Of a DNA stretch of 64,000 nucleotides, positions 29,449 to 38,753 are shown in pieces. The notes beneath the pieces were generated by a model. That model saw nothing but the letters and a program-made list of their open reading frames with translations. It searched no databases and had not been told where the DNA came from. A program made the position numbers and the translations under genes. Within the stretch, counting starts at the first letter, position 1, and the number at the start of each line of letters is the position of its first letter. Origin of the DNA: Candidatus Latescibacterota bacterium (GTDB lineage: Bacteria > Latescibacterota > UBA2968 > UBA8231). The stretch spans positions 119,797 to 183,796 of the forward strand of contig JAPYRN010000004.1 in NCBI GenBank assembly GCA_029941565.1, read 5' to 3'.

Positions 29449-31572
29449 TCAATATGCAATCGACACGGTACCGAGTTGCAACTCAGCCTCCCCGGTGCCA
29501 AGAAAGAGCCGATATATATAGGTCCCCGGAGGCACCGGTACACCATCAAGCCCCATGCCGTCCCACCGTTGCTGGCCAACGCCGCTGCGAGCCTCGATCA
29601 TTGCGCCAATTCCAACCTGTCTGCCGGCGAGATCAAAAATCTGCAGACTGACGGGTCGATCGATGGTCACCTGTAACAGCCGGTAATCGAGGATGAGTTC
29701 GTCGTTGATGCCATCACCGTTGGGGGTAAATGGATTCGAACTGACCTCGACGTCGATCAGCAGGTCACCACCTATGGGAGTTCGTACGGACAGATCGTCC
29801 CCTGAAAAACGGAATGTCGCATTGCCCGGGCTGATCTGCTGACGGATGCTGTCCGGATCATCGCTATTAAAGACCCAGCCGGTGAATTTGGTCCCATACC
29901 GCAACACGGCCGCATCAAACTGGACCTCGAGTCGTACCAGATTGTCCTCGACGCCCTCGACTTTGGGAAAGGACAGCAGCAGGCGGTCCTCGTGGATCTC
30001 TGGTGTGTAGGTGATCGGGTCGAGTTCCACGCCCTCAAGAAGCACGGAGCGAACCGTGTCGGCCCGGGTATGGGTGAGAATCTCAAGACGGTCGAAACCA
30101 GCGTTGTCCCTGTCCATGATCGGCTGCACGACATAGGTAAACGTCTCGGATTCGAAAGAGGCAACCTCGACAGGCCAGATTTCGCCGACGATCTGACTGG
30201 CAGCGGGGGTTTCGCCGATCTGTAATGACAGACTCTGCAGACTCGGCGCCCGGTCGAATGTGGACAACAGTTTGAAGGAGATCTGCAGATAGCGGCTGGG
30301 GCCTGGAGACAGTGTCGCGGTGCCATCCTTCCAGTCAGCAGCGGACAGCGTGTCGTCCTTCAGGCCCGCAGCGAAGTCGTATGGCGGCGACCAGAAACTC
30401 CAATTCTCCGAGTCATACCTGGTGGAGATGTTCGACGCCGACGACAGCAGCAGTTGGTTATATGTCTTGGCATCGACAGGCAGGACATCACCATTGAGAT
30501 TGCCGGCGAAGTAGAGGGTGGGATCGTCGGTCCGGCCGGTGCGTGTGCGTATCTCAAGGTGAGTGCCCTCAGGCTGCTCCCCTTCCCAGCGAATCTTGCC
30601 CCAATTGACGGGTTTGCCGAAATCGAGGATCTGGGTCTGGTAGAACGCCTCCTCAACGAAGCCATTCGCATACACTTCAAACTCGGCGAATTCCCACTGC
30701 CGTAGTGGAAAGGCCTTGAAGGTGAGCCATCGAATCGAACGATTAGGGAAGGATAGATCGACGACGACGTCGATGTTTTCGCTGCTGGCCTGCAACTCGT
30801 CGAGCAAGGGATCTCGATCGACGATCCAACGCAGGTTGGTCGCTGTCAACTGAGATCCCGTGCCGCCGCCGCATGGTCCGCCGCTGAAGCGTACGTCCTT
30901 GCCCCCGGTTCGCACATCGTACCAGGCGACGAAATTATCGGCGAAGCTCTCCTCGCCAAACCTTTCGGGTCGGGGTTCAGACAGACCATCGATCAACAGC
31001 TGATCATCACCCGTACCCAGGCGTGGAAAGAAACGGACGCGGTTGACGGGGACCTCGGAGCCAAAATCGAGGATGATCGTGCGCCGCCAACCGCTGCCAT
31101 TACCCGGCAATAAGTTCGGATTCTGCCGGAACAGCCGAAAAAGGGCAGTCGAGGCGTTGCCATCGAACATCTGTTTGATCGTCGGCTGCTGCTGTGGCCA
31201 ACAGATGCAGCAATCGTTGGACAACACCCGTCCCCCCGTCTGCGGCAGAGGGATGTCCTTTTCCGCGGAGGCTGGATCGGTGAGGGCAATATTGGTTTCG
31301 GGATCGAAAAACCGTGGACTCAGTGTATTGTCGGAGAAGTCGACGAGGGTATCGGTTCCCACCGTGCGCGCCGAGACGCCGACAGCAACCGTCCGCAGTA
31401 CGTTGCCGGCGCGGTCGTAGACGACGTAACTTCCAGCATCCTCCTCGGAGAGGGCTGCTTGCCAGGGGTTTCCATCTGCGCCACCGAGACGATACTCAGT
31501 CGCCGCCCATACGGATGGTGCGATACCAAGGAGTATGTAAGTGATGCAAAAACGCAATTGCCAGCGTACCAT
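29449..31572 (-). CDS. large secreted protein with F5/8-type-C-like domain and T9SS type-B (CHU_C/gliding-motility) C-terminal domain
   Basis: Start at ATG 31572 (MVRWQLRFCITYILLGIAPSVWA signal). EFEVYANGF discoidin-like strand. C-terminus NPFTPNGDGINDELILDY...PGTYIYRLFLG. Paralog of 31656..33764. Confidence 0.75.
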   Translation of the reverse strand: MVRWQLRFCITYILLGIAPSVWAATEYRLGGADGNPWQAALSEEDAGSYVVYDRAGNVLRTVAVGVSARTVGTDTLVDFSDNTLSPRFFDPETNIALTDPASAEKDIPLPQTGGRVLSNDCCICWPQQQPTIKQMFDGNASTALFRLFRQNPNLLPGNGSGWRRTIILDFGSEVPVNRVRFFPRLGTGDDQLLIDGLSEPRPERFGEESFADNFVAWYDVRTGGKDVRFSGGPCGGGTGSQLTATNLRWIVDRDPLLDELQASSENIDVVVDLSFPNRSIRWLTFKAFPLRQWEFAEFEVYANGFVEEAFYQTQILDFGKPVNWGKIRWEGEQPEGTHLEIRTRTGRTDDPTLYFAGNLNGDVLPVDAKTYNQLLLSSASNISTRYDSENWSFWSPPYDFAAGLKDDTLSAADWKDGTATLSPGPSRYLQISFKLLSTFDRAPSLQSLSLQIGETPAASQIVGEIWPVEVASFESETFTYVVQPIMDRDNAGFDRLEILTHTRADTVRSVLLEGVELDPITYTPEIHEDRLLLSFPKVEGVEDNLVRLEVQFDAAVLRYGTKFTGWVFNSDDPDSIRQQISPGNATFRFSGDDLSVRTPIGGDLLIDVEVSSNPFTPNGDGINDELILDYRLLQVTIDRPVSLQIFDLAGRQVGIGAMIEARSGVGQQRWDGMGLDGVPVPPGTYIYRLFLGTGEAELQLGTVSIAY

Positions 31573-31655
31573 GGTTTTCCCCCCGTAGCGGTTAGTATAT
31601 ATTATGAAACAGTTCCCACACAGACAATCCATTTAGGCCGATTCTGACTTCTCGG

Positions 31656-33764
31656 GTGAGGATGATGAGATCACAGAAGAGAGCGAGCCTCTGGGCCCTG
31701 GCAGTAGCGATCCTGTTGTTGACGCCCGGTCAGAACATGGCTCTGGAATCGGTCGTCATCGGAGATGAGTTGGATTGGCTCGGAGAAGGCACCGCTTCGG
31801 TGGGTCGAATCGATGCTGTGCATCGCTCTCCTCTCGTCGCCAATCGGCTCCTGGTGGGCAACGCACCAGGCCAGTTGATCGAGTTTGACAGTCCGGACTG
31901 GCCAGGCAGCATCTTGCCTCTGCGCTTCGAAGAGGGCGAGAATATCGCCACCGGCACACTCGAGCGCGGCGGTGGTATTACAGCGCCCAATATCCTTGAC
32001 TTTGGACGCTCCATCTCGGTGGGCAGCTCCGACGTCTTCGACGAGAATGACCTGCGGATCTCGCTTGAGGAGATCATGCTGGCGGAGCCGGGGGGGGAAC
32101 TCGACGCATTTCAGCGCAAGAACTTCAATGCCTTCGGGATCCTCGTCTTTGTCGATCTCGGCGGGCGTTTCGGCGTCGATCGGATCCGTTTCTACCCACG
32201 GAACACCATCCAGAGTTCTCCCGGTACGCCCTTCGAGAACGATTTCATGCGGGCCTTCGAATTGTTCACCAACGACGGCACCCTTACCGCCAGCGGCAAC
32301 AAGATCTGGGATCCACTCCTGCTGGTGAACGACAACCAGGATCCTATCGTCGACGTGACTATGGATCCGCCTCGACTCGTGCAGTCGATACGGTTGCGGT
32401 CCACGTCCAACATCAACTTCGAAATCGACGAGTTTGAGATCTACGGCAAGGGGTTCCTTTCCGAAACCGAGTACATCTCCGACATCTTCGACATGTCTGA
32501 ACCCGCTGTCTGGGGGGACTTGCGCTGGGCGGAAGAGATTATCGGCGACACCTTGTTCTCCAAGGCCAGAATCAGCACTCGTACCGGAAGTGACGACAAC
32601 CCCTTTGTCTTCACCCGCGTTCTTGCCGGTAAACGGGATGCCGAACCCATCCCATTCTCCCTGCTGGATCCGCTGCAGGAGATGGGACTCGACGAATACG
32701 AAAAACTGCCTGCCGTCGATGGCATTGGCCGCCAATGGGAAGCCGGACCCATCACCGATGACCTCTTCAATTGGAGCCCCTTCAGCACGCCCTATCCTGC
32801 CACTGAGGCAAATGGCCCAGGTATCGCGATCACGTCGCCCAGTCCGCGACAATTCCTGCAGTTCCGCGTCCTGTTTAGCAACGCGGGCCTCGAATCGGCT
32901 CGTGCCATCACCTCCCTGAGTTTCGACTTCCAAACCCCTGCATATGCCGACGAGGTGGTGGCCGAGGTGTTTCCTCGCGAGGTCGAGGCTTCGACTCTCA
33001 ACACCTTCACCTTCGCGATGCGTTCGGCCATTCGCAGTGCTGGTAAGCTCGGCTATGACATCGTCGAGATTTCGACGCCCTCAAAAGTTGCCAGTATCGA
33101 TCGAATCGAACTGACCAACGCCTCCGGCAGTGTACTCGCAGAGCGCACCTTCTCAGGACTGGAGGATGCAGACATGGTCGATGGTTTCCAGATCCTGACG
33201 GTCGACGCCGATCGCTTCAGACTGGCCGTACCTCTCGTGGAGGAGGACGGTGTTCTGCTCACAGTTCAGTTCCAGACCGGTGTTCTGACGTATAGCACCA
33301 ATTTCAGGGCCACCGTAGAACACTCGACGGTACCCGGCGCATCGCAGCCAGCGGTTTCCGGCAATGCCGCCACACTTTCGGTGGATGATATCGACGATTT
33401 TTCCGGCACAACGGTGTTGAGTCCACCACTCATCGGTGGGCATCTTCTCGATCTCGTCGCCGTCGTGCCAAATCCCTTCACGCCGAATGGTGACGGGATC
33501 AACGACGAAGCGGCAGTTCAGTACAGTCTGTTGTCGGTGAGTGCAGATCGTCGGGTGAATATCGATATCTACGATCTGAGTGGCAGACGGGTCCGCAGTT
33601 TGCACGATGGGCTTGAGTCTAACGGCCGCTTCGAGGACAAGCTCTGGGATGGGCGCAGTGATGGCGGAAAGCTGGTGCCTCCGGGAATCTATATCGCTCG
33701 TCTCGCCGTGGACGGAGACGCGATCCAGGAAGAGAAGTCAATCGTGGTAAGCGTCGTCTACTAG
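31656..33764 (+). CDS. large secreted protein with F5/8-type-C-like domain and T9SS type-B C-terminal domain
   Basis: Signal peptide. FEIDEFEIYGKGF. C-terminus VPNPFTPNGDGINDEAAVQYSL...PGIYIARLAV. Divergent from its paralog across an 83-bp AT-rich spacer. Confidence 0.75.
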   Translation: MRMMRSQKRASLWALAVAILLLTPGQNMALESVVIGDELDWLGEGTASVGRIDAVHRSPLVANRLLVGNAPGQLIEFDSPDWPGSILPLRFEEGENIATGTLERGGGITAPNILDFGRSISVGSSDVFDENDLRISLEEIMLAEPGGELDAFQRKNFNAFGILVFVDLGGRFGVDRIRFYPRNTIQSSPGTPFENDFMRAFELFTNDGTLTASGNKIWDPLLLVNDNQDPIVDVTMDPPRLVQSIRLRSTSNINFEIDEFEIYGKGFLSETEYISDIFDMSEPAVWGDLRWAEEIIGDTLFSKARISTRTGSDDNPFVFTRVLAGKRDAEPIPFSLLDPLQEMGLDEYEKLPAVDGIGRQWEAGPITDDLFNWSPFSTPYPATEANGPGIAITSPSPRQFLQFRVLFSNAGLESARAITSLSFDFQTPAYADEVVAEVFPREVEASTLNTFTFAMRSAIRSAGKLGYDIVEISTPSKVASIDRIELTNASGSVLAERTFSGLEDADMVDGFQILTVDADRFRLAVPLVEEDGVLLTVQFQTGVLTYSTNFRATVEHSTVPGASQPAVSGNAATLSVDDIDDFSGTTVLSPPLIGGHLLDLVAVVPNPFTPNGDGINDEAAVQYSLLSVSADRRVNIDIYDLSGRRVRSLHDGLESNGRFEDKLWDGRSDGGKLVPPGIYIARLAVDGDAIQEEKSIVVSVVY

Positions 33765-33778
33765 ATCAGGGCACTAAG

Positions 33779-36034
33779 TTAAGGTGCGGCGCTCCCCATC
33801 AACTGTTCGACCTGACTCCGGATCTGAGCCTCGGCGACTCGACGCACCTCACCCTCTCTGGTGATCTGAGCGGCGCGCTGGAAATGCTGTGCCGAATCCT
33901 GCTGCCGGCCAAGACGCTGGTACAGATTGCCCAGACATCGATGGACGAGGGCGATGTCCGACTCCAGAACCAGCAGCCTCTCAAAGTGCGGCAGGGCGGG
34001 TTCGTAGCGCTGCTGGCGCGCCAACAGCAGTCCGAGGCCCCAATGGGCGGCAGCAGACTTCGGTTCCAGTTCGACCGCCTCGCGCAACAGATCCTCGGCT
34101 TCAGCTGGCGCCGTCTCCTGTTGCACTAGCAGATTCGCCAGATGAATGCGGTATTCGGCCTGCTGGGGAGCCTGTTGCACCAGGTGGCGCAGTTCGGCGG
34201 TCGCCGTCGCACGATCCCCCAGGGACTCGTACAGACGTGCCAGTTGATAACGAACCACAGAAGAGTCGGGTCGAATCTCGAGGGTACGCCGATACGCCCC
34301 AAGGGCTTGCTCCCGTCTGCCATCCATGAGATAAGCATAGGCGAGTTCTCCATGCAATCGGGCCCAGTCCGGCCGCGACAGCAATAGCGCTTCATACACA
34401 CCGATGGCCTTGGCATACCGTTTCGTCTGCAGGTAGGTGGTACCCAGCAGATACCGGACGGGGTCGGCCTCCGAGTGCTCGCGCAGATAACTCTCATAGA
34501 GTCTGGCCGCCTCGTCATGCTCCTGCTGTCGGTTATGCAACTGAGCCAAGGCCAGCAGGGCCCCCCTGTGGTCAGATTCTCTATGCAGAACACGACGATA
34601 CTCCTCCATCGCGTTGATGGGCATCGCTTTTTTCTCGTAGGCATACCCCTGCCAGAAATGTTGCTGAGTATCGGCCTCTGCCGCTACGGGTGCCGCCCCG
34701 ATATTGCATATCACGCCCAGCACGATGACCACTGCCAGAGAGCGAAATCGTCGGTTGCTGTGGCGGATGGAGTGCACCCCGTATGCGGCAAACAGTAGCA
34801 GGAAGGGCACGGCGGGTAGTCGGTATCTCGAGGTGACGAAGAACAGCACCACGGACAGCATGTAGACGAGTGGCAGCAGAGCCAGCAGTCGTCCCTGCGG
34901 CGTACCTCCCGCAGGCTGGCGCCAGAACGAGAACCATCCGAAGAGGGCGAGTGGACCCACCAGGCCAAATGGAAAGGCCAGCCCGAGCCCCTGCCAGAGC
35001 AAGGCGCTCAGCAGTAATGAGTCCTGCCGCGCCCAGTAGAGATCGAGGTTGCGCCGAATCTCGTCCCCCCGCCAGAACAGATAGAACTTGCGCAGCGTCA
35101 AGCCAAGGAAGGCGACGGGCTCCCGTCGTGCGAACTCGAAGGACTGGGCGAAGAAAAATCGCGACTTCGCCGAGGCGGTCTCAATGCCGGCAACCCGCTC
35201 GGGCATTTCGACCAACTCCGACCACTGTTGCCCAGGGCGGATATTTACTGTCTGCTCGTAGTCGGGATTGTTGCCGATGTAAAAATTGACCCCGGCATTG
35301 GATGAGATGAGTACCCAGTCAGCTCCGACGAAGTAGTTGCGTGCCGTCACCGGCGCGATGATCAGTCCCGACCCCAGCAGTAACAATCCACCATTGAGAA
35401 GGATCCGGCGGGTCTCAGTACCCGCACGGTGATGGGTCCAGGCAAGCCACAACAACAACATGGGTAGAAATAGCAGTGCATTGGCTACGGCCAACGCGGA
35501 GAGTCCGAGTAACACACCTGCCAGGAGCCAGCGCTTCGGAGTCAACTCTTTGTCAGACATCCTACCCAACAACACGTACACAAGAAGCAAATCTAGCCCA
35601 ATCCCAAGAAGGGTTGGCAACAACTCTCCGCCGAAGTAGATGAGGGGGCCATATACGGTGGCGGCAAGGGCCGCACCCAGAGCCACCGATGGTGGGAATA
35701 CGCGGTAGGCGATGAGATAGAGGAGGGCGCAGATGCCAGCCCCCACAAGAGCCTGAAGCAGATGTGGTGCCCAGACGCCTGGACCGCAGATCGAATAGAT
35801 CAGGCCCAGAATGTAGGGGTATAGAGGCGGCTGCCAGAACGGACGTGACGGTCCAAGCCAGGAACTCGAGCTTAACTCAAGCGCGCCATCGACATAGCTC
35901 TTAGCATCGACGACGGGGACCTCGAAAAACAGGCTGTCCGCGGCCTCATAGAGGTAGAGGAGCCGCAACAGCAAGGCCAGTACCCCCAGCCACAGGGCGG
36001 CCCTTTGTGGAGTCCCAAGGACAGGCCGACTCAT
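33779..36034 (-). CDS. GT-C fold (PMT_2/ArnT-like) membrane glycosyltransferase fused to C-terminal TPR repeats (TMTC-like architecture)
   Basis: About 430-aa polytopic N-terminal domain. Acidic first-loop motif after TM1 (EVPVVDAKSYVDGALEL) resembles the PMT/ArnT catalytic loop. About 300-aa C-terminal TPR array. Confidence 0.6.
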   Translation of the reverse strand: MSRPVLGTPQRAALWLGVLALLLRLLYLYEAADSLFFEVPVVDAKSYVDGALELSSSSWLGPSRPFWQPPLYPYILGLIYSICGPGVWAPHLLQALVGAGICALLYLIAYRVFPPSVALGAALAATVYGPLIYFGGELLPTLLGIGLDLLLVYVLLGRMSDKELTPKRWLLAGVLLGLSALAVANALLFLPMLLLWLAWTHHRAGTETRRILLNGGLLLLGSGLIIAPVTARNYFVGADWVLISSNAGVNFYIGNNPDYEQTVNIRPGQQWSELVEMPERVAGIETASAKSRFFFAQSFEFARREPVAFLGLTLRKFYLFWRGDEIRRNLDLYWARQDSLLLSALLWQGLGLAFPFGLVGPLALFGWFSFWRQPAGGTPQGRLLALLPLVYMLSVVLFFVTSRYRLPAVPFLLLFAAYGVHSIRHSNRRFRSLAVVIVLGVICNIGAAPVAAEADTQQHFWQGYAYEKKAMPINAMEEYRRVLHRESDHRGALLALAQLHNRQQEHDEAARLYESYLREHSEADPVRYLLGTTYLQTKRYAKAIGVYEALLLSRPDWARLHGELAYAYLMDGRREQALGAYRRTLEIRPDSSVVRYQLARLYESLGDRATATAELRHLVQQAPQQAEYRIHLANLLVQQETAPAEAEDLLREAVELEPKSAAAHWGLGLLLARQQRYEPALPHFERLLVLESDIALVHRCLGNLYQRLGRQQDSAQHFQRAAQITREGEVRRVAEAQIRSQVEQLMGSAAP

Positions 36035-36060
36035 CGGTCCGTCGCCCTATTATGCAATCG

Positions 36061-38733
36061 CTACTGCAAGCCGGCGTAGACGGTAATAAAGCTCTTGGCC
36101 AGTGTCTGCGACTTGGCACCCTTGGGATCGTCGCGACGGACCTGCATACCCATCTGCATGGTCAGTGCATAACCCAGATACGCCGAGCGGTTCGACATCT
36201 GCACCGCCCACACGAGGCCCTTGGAGTCGTTGACGCTCTGTTCGAAGTCATTAAGGATGATGTATTCGACACCGGCTTCGAGGGTGGTATGGCGCAATAC
36301 AGCCAACTCGCCGAGGATGCCGAAGATCTCGGAAAGTTCGTTCCGTTTCCGCAATTCTGTGAGTCCCACAGTCTGCTTGCGATACTCACTCTTCCATCTG
36401 GGTTCGAGGCCGACCACGCCAATTTCGAATCGGTAACTGGCTTTGTTGATGACGCCGAAGAAGTAGTCGCGCTCGCGCAGACCAAGGGGGATTCTTTCGC
36501 TCCGATCGAGCCGCTGATGGAAGAGATCGTATTTCAGCATGTTGCTCGTCGTCAGGCCGGCGACGGAAATATCGTGGCCCAGCCACAGAGAGTTAACCCA
36601 CGTGTCTTGGGCAATCAACGGATCCTGGATCTTTGAAGCTTCCCCCGTGCGGATGTTGGTATTGGGCAGCCACTGCAACAGATCATCAGGGATATCGTCC
36701 TCCACCGATTTGAACATCTCAAAAAAGCGGAAACGACCCCAGTCGGGGGTGTCCTGGTCGACGGTGAACATCACATAATTGGCGTTGTTCTCCTGATCGG
36801 ACGAAATCAGCTCTTCGTGCAGAACGCCACCGCTGATCTTGATCTCCGGGGTCAGGTGGGTGCCCACATAGAGGTTGTAGCCCCGGTGATCCTTCGGGTA
36901 GGGATAATCGGGCAGCTCGTCATTTTCGAAACGATCGATCCACAAGTTGTGGTTCATGTCGATGCCGAAAAGGAATTCAGGTCGATCGACGTTGTGGCGC
37001 AGGAAGGGCTCTTCGTAGTCAGGAACCGAATTGCTCAGGGAGCGGTTGTCATTCTGGTTGAAGTCGGAGATGAAGTCGTTGTTCTCGTCCCAACCCGGAT
37101 AGACCTCCTGGTCGCCCTGGATCCAGTCCTTACGCACGGTGTCGGGAAAACGATCCTGGTCGTCATTGTCCTCTACCAGTTCGACGACGTGGAAGCGCTC
37201 GTCCTCGTAATCAATAAATCCGGAACTGAGGGCGGTGAAGGTCCGCGTCGTGTAGCGCGGGTCCATACTGTAGGCTTCGAGCAGTCCGAAGTAGGGATAG
37301 TCGATGCGCGACAGATTCATCATCCAGGCTTCGGCGCCCCGATCGCCCTGAATGCCGGACCAGGTGGAGTGTTCCTGCTGGGTGATATTGGGGTACTTTG
37401 TATAGGAATAGCTGAGGTCGTACTCACCGTAGAAGTCGAACCCCATCAGATCCTTGAACTCCACGGTGCCACCCCAAATCTGGGTTGCCGTGGGCAGACC
37501 GTATTCAAAGCTGACAATCCGCAGATTGGTGTTGTCCTGCACATTGCCCTCCGCCTGGGCGACGAGCAACAGCGTGGATACGTCGGAGGCGTTGAGCTGC
37601 TGATCCGAGGAGACCCACACCTGGTAGTCGTTGCCCAGGACCATGCGAAACTCGACGCGCTCGATCTCCTCTTTGGCACCGAGGGCACGGTTGACGAAGG
37701 CCGGGCTGTTCAGATCGTAGATCAGCCGAATCTCTTCATCGCCGTCGGCTGACAGGAAACCTTCGCCGACAAAACCACCCTCGATGATCGGTTCAAACCG
37801 CATCTCCTTGCCACTTTGCGTCGTGCCGTCAAGGTAGGAGATGATGATATCAGAACCGGCGGGGAAGAAGGCGGCACCACCGACGCCGTCTTCCGGTGAG
37901 TCGTCGCGCAACACGACCTCGATGCTCGAGACCGTCGCGTTCTGGCTGATGGTGAGGGCACCCGAAACGGGGCTGGCCTCGAAGCCGTCAAGCAAGGTAT
38001 TGGACTGATGCGTATTGACGGCATGAACTCCCAGGGTGGCAAAATCGCCGACCTGGGCCGTGAAACGCCCGCCGAAGAGCGACGTGGAGTTCGTCGCCAG
38101 ATTCTCCAGATTTCCCGTGGTGCTACCACCGGGATTGCTGAGACGGGAGTAGATGACGGTGCCCATGTACTTGTCAGCGGTGTAGTCGAACTGAATTCCG
38201 TCCCACCGTGGCTTGGAGAATGTCATCGGCGTCAGCGTGCTGCGGATGTTGTCGCTGATCGTGATGGCATAGTGGTGTTGGCCCTTGGAGTCAGATGAGA
38301 CCACGAGGGAGTTGAACCAGCCATTGAAACGGCTCGACTTGAGGACAGAGTTACCAAATTGCTGGGGCTGCGTCTGGGAATTGTTGAAGATCAACCAGCC
38401 GCGCGTGATATAATTGCCGTAGAGATCGTAGAAGTAGTCTCCCTCAAGTATCTGATCCACATACCGTTGGTAATTATTTCGAGCGTAGTTGGAGTACTCC
38501 CACTGTTGCCACTGGTACTCGTTGTAGAGTTCCTGGGGGACGTACCACTTCCGCTTCACCGGATCGAGGGCATCCATCAGCACGCCCGGTCCCGAGGGGT
38601 GGAAGTCTACTTCACCGCCCCGTTGGATCGAGCCCAGACGGGTCCCATAGTCCTGTGCGAGGCTTGGTGAAAGGCTCAGAAAAAGGCAGATCCCAACCAG
38701 TAGGGACAGCGATACGCCTGTTCTACAATGCAC
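36061..38733 (-). CDS. putative outer-membrane beta-barrel protein (890 aa), unknown family
   Basis: Signal peptide LSLSPSLAQD. Rich in N/D/Y/W/G. C-terminal third shows alternating amphipathic beta-strand pattern (LVWAVQMSNRSAYLGYALTMQMGMQV...FITVYAGLQ). Lower GC than flanking genes. Lies between the type-B cargo gene and the GT-C/TPR gene with 20-26-nt gaps. Confidence 0.45.
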   Translation of the reverse strand: MHCRTGVSLSLLVGICLFLSLSPSLAQDYGTRLGSIQRGGEVDFHPSGPGVLMDALDPVKRKWYVPQELYNEYQWQQWEYSNYARNNYQRYVDQILEGDYFYDLYGNYITRGWLIFNNSQTQPQQFGNSVLKSSRFNGWFNSLVVSSDSKGQHHYAITISDNIRSTLTPMTFSKPRWDGIQFDYTADKYMGTVIYSRLSNPGGSTTGNLENLATNSTSLFGGRFTAQVGDFATLGVHAVNTHQSNTLLDGFEASPVSGALTISQNATVSSIEVVLRDDSPEDGVGGAAFFPAGSDIIISYLDGTTQSGKEMRFEPIIEGGFVGEGFLSADGDEEIRLIYDLNSPAFVNRALGAKEEIERVEFRMVLGNDYQVWVSSDQQLNASDVSTLLLVAQAEGNVQDNTNLRIVSFEYGLPTATQIWGGTVEFKDLMGFDFYGEYDLSYSYTKYPNITQQEHSTWSGIQGDRGAEAWMMNLSRIDYPYFGLLEAYSMDPRYTTRTFTALSSGFIDYEDERFHVVELVEDNDDQDRFPDTVRKDWIQGDQEVYPGWDENNDFISDFNQNDNRSLSNSVPDYEEPFLRHNVDRPEFLFGIDMNHNLWIDRFENDELPDYPYPKDHRGYNLYVGTHLTPEIKISGGVLHEELISSDQENNANYVMFTVDQDTPDWGRFRFFEMFKSVEDDIPDDLLQWLPNTNIRTGEASKIQDPLIAQDTWVNSLWLGHDISVAGLTTSNMLKYDLFHQRLDRSERIPLGLRERDYFFGVINKASYRFEIGVVGLEPRWKSEYRKQTVGLTELRKRNELSEIFGILGELAVLRHTTLEAGVEYIILNDFEQSVNDSKGLVWAVQMSNRSAYLGYALTMQMGMQVRRDDPKGAKSQTLAKSFITVYAGLQ

Positions 38734-38753
38734 GGCTTCCTCCTTACGAGGTT

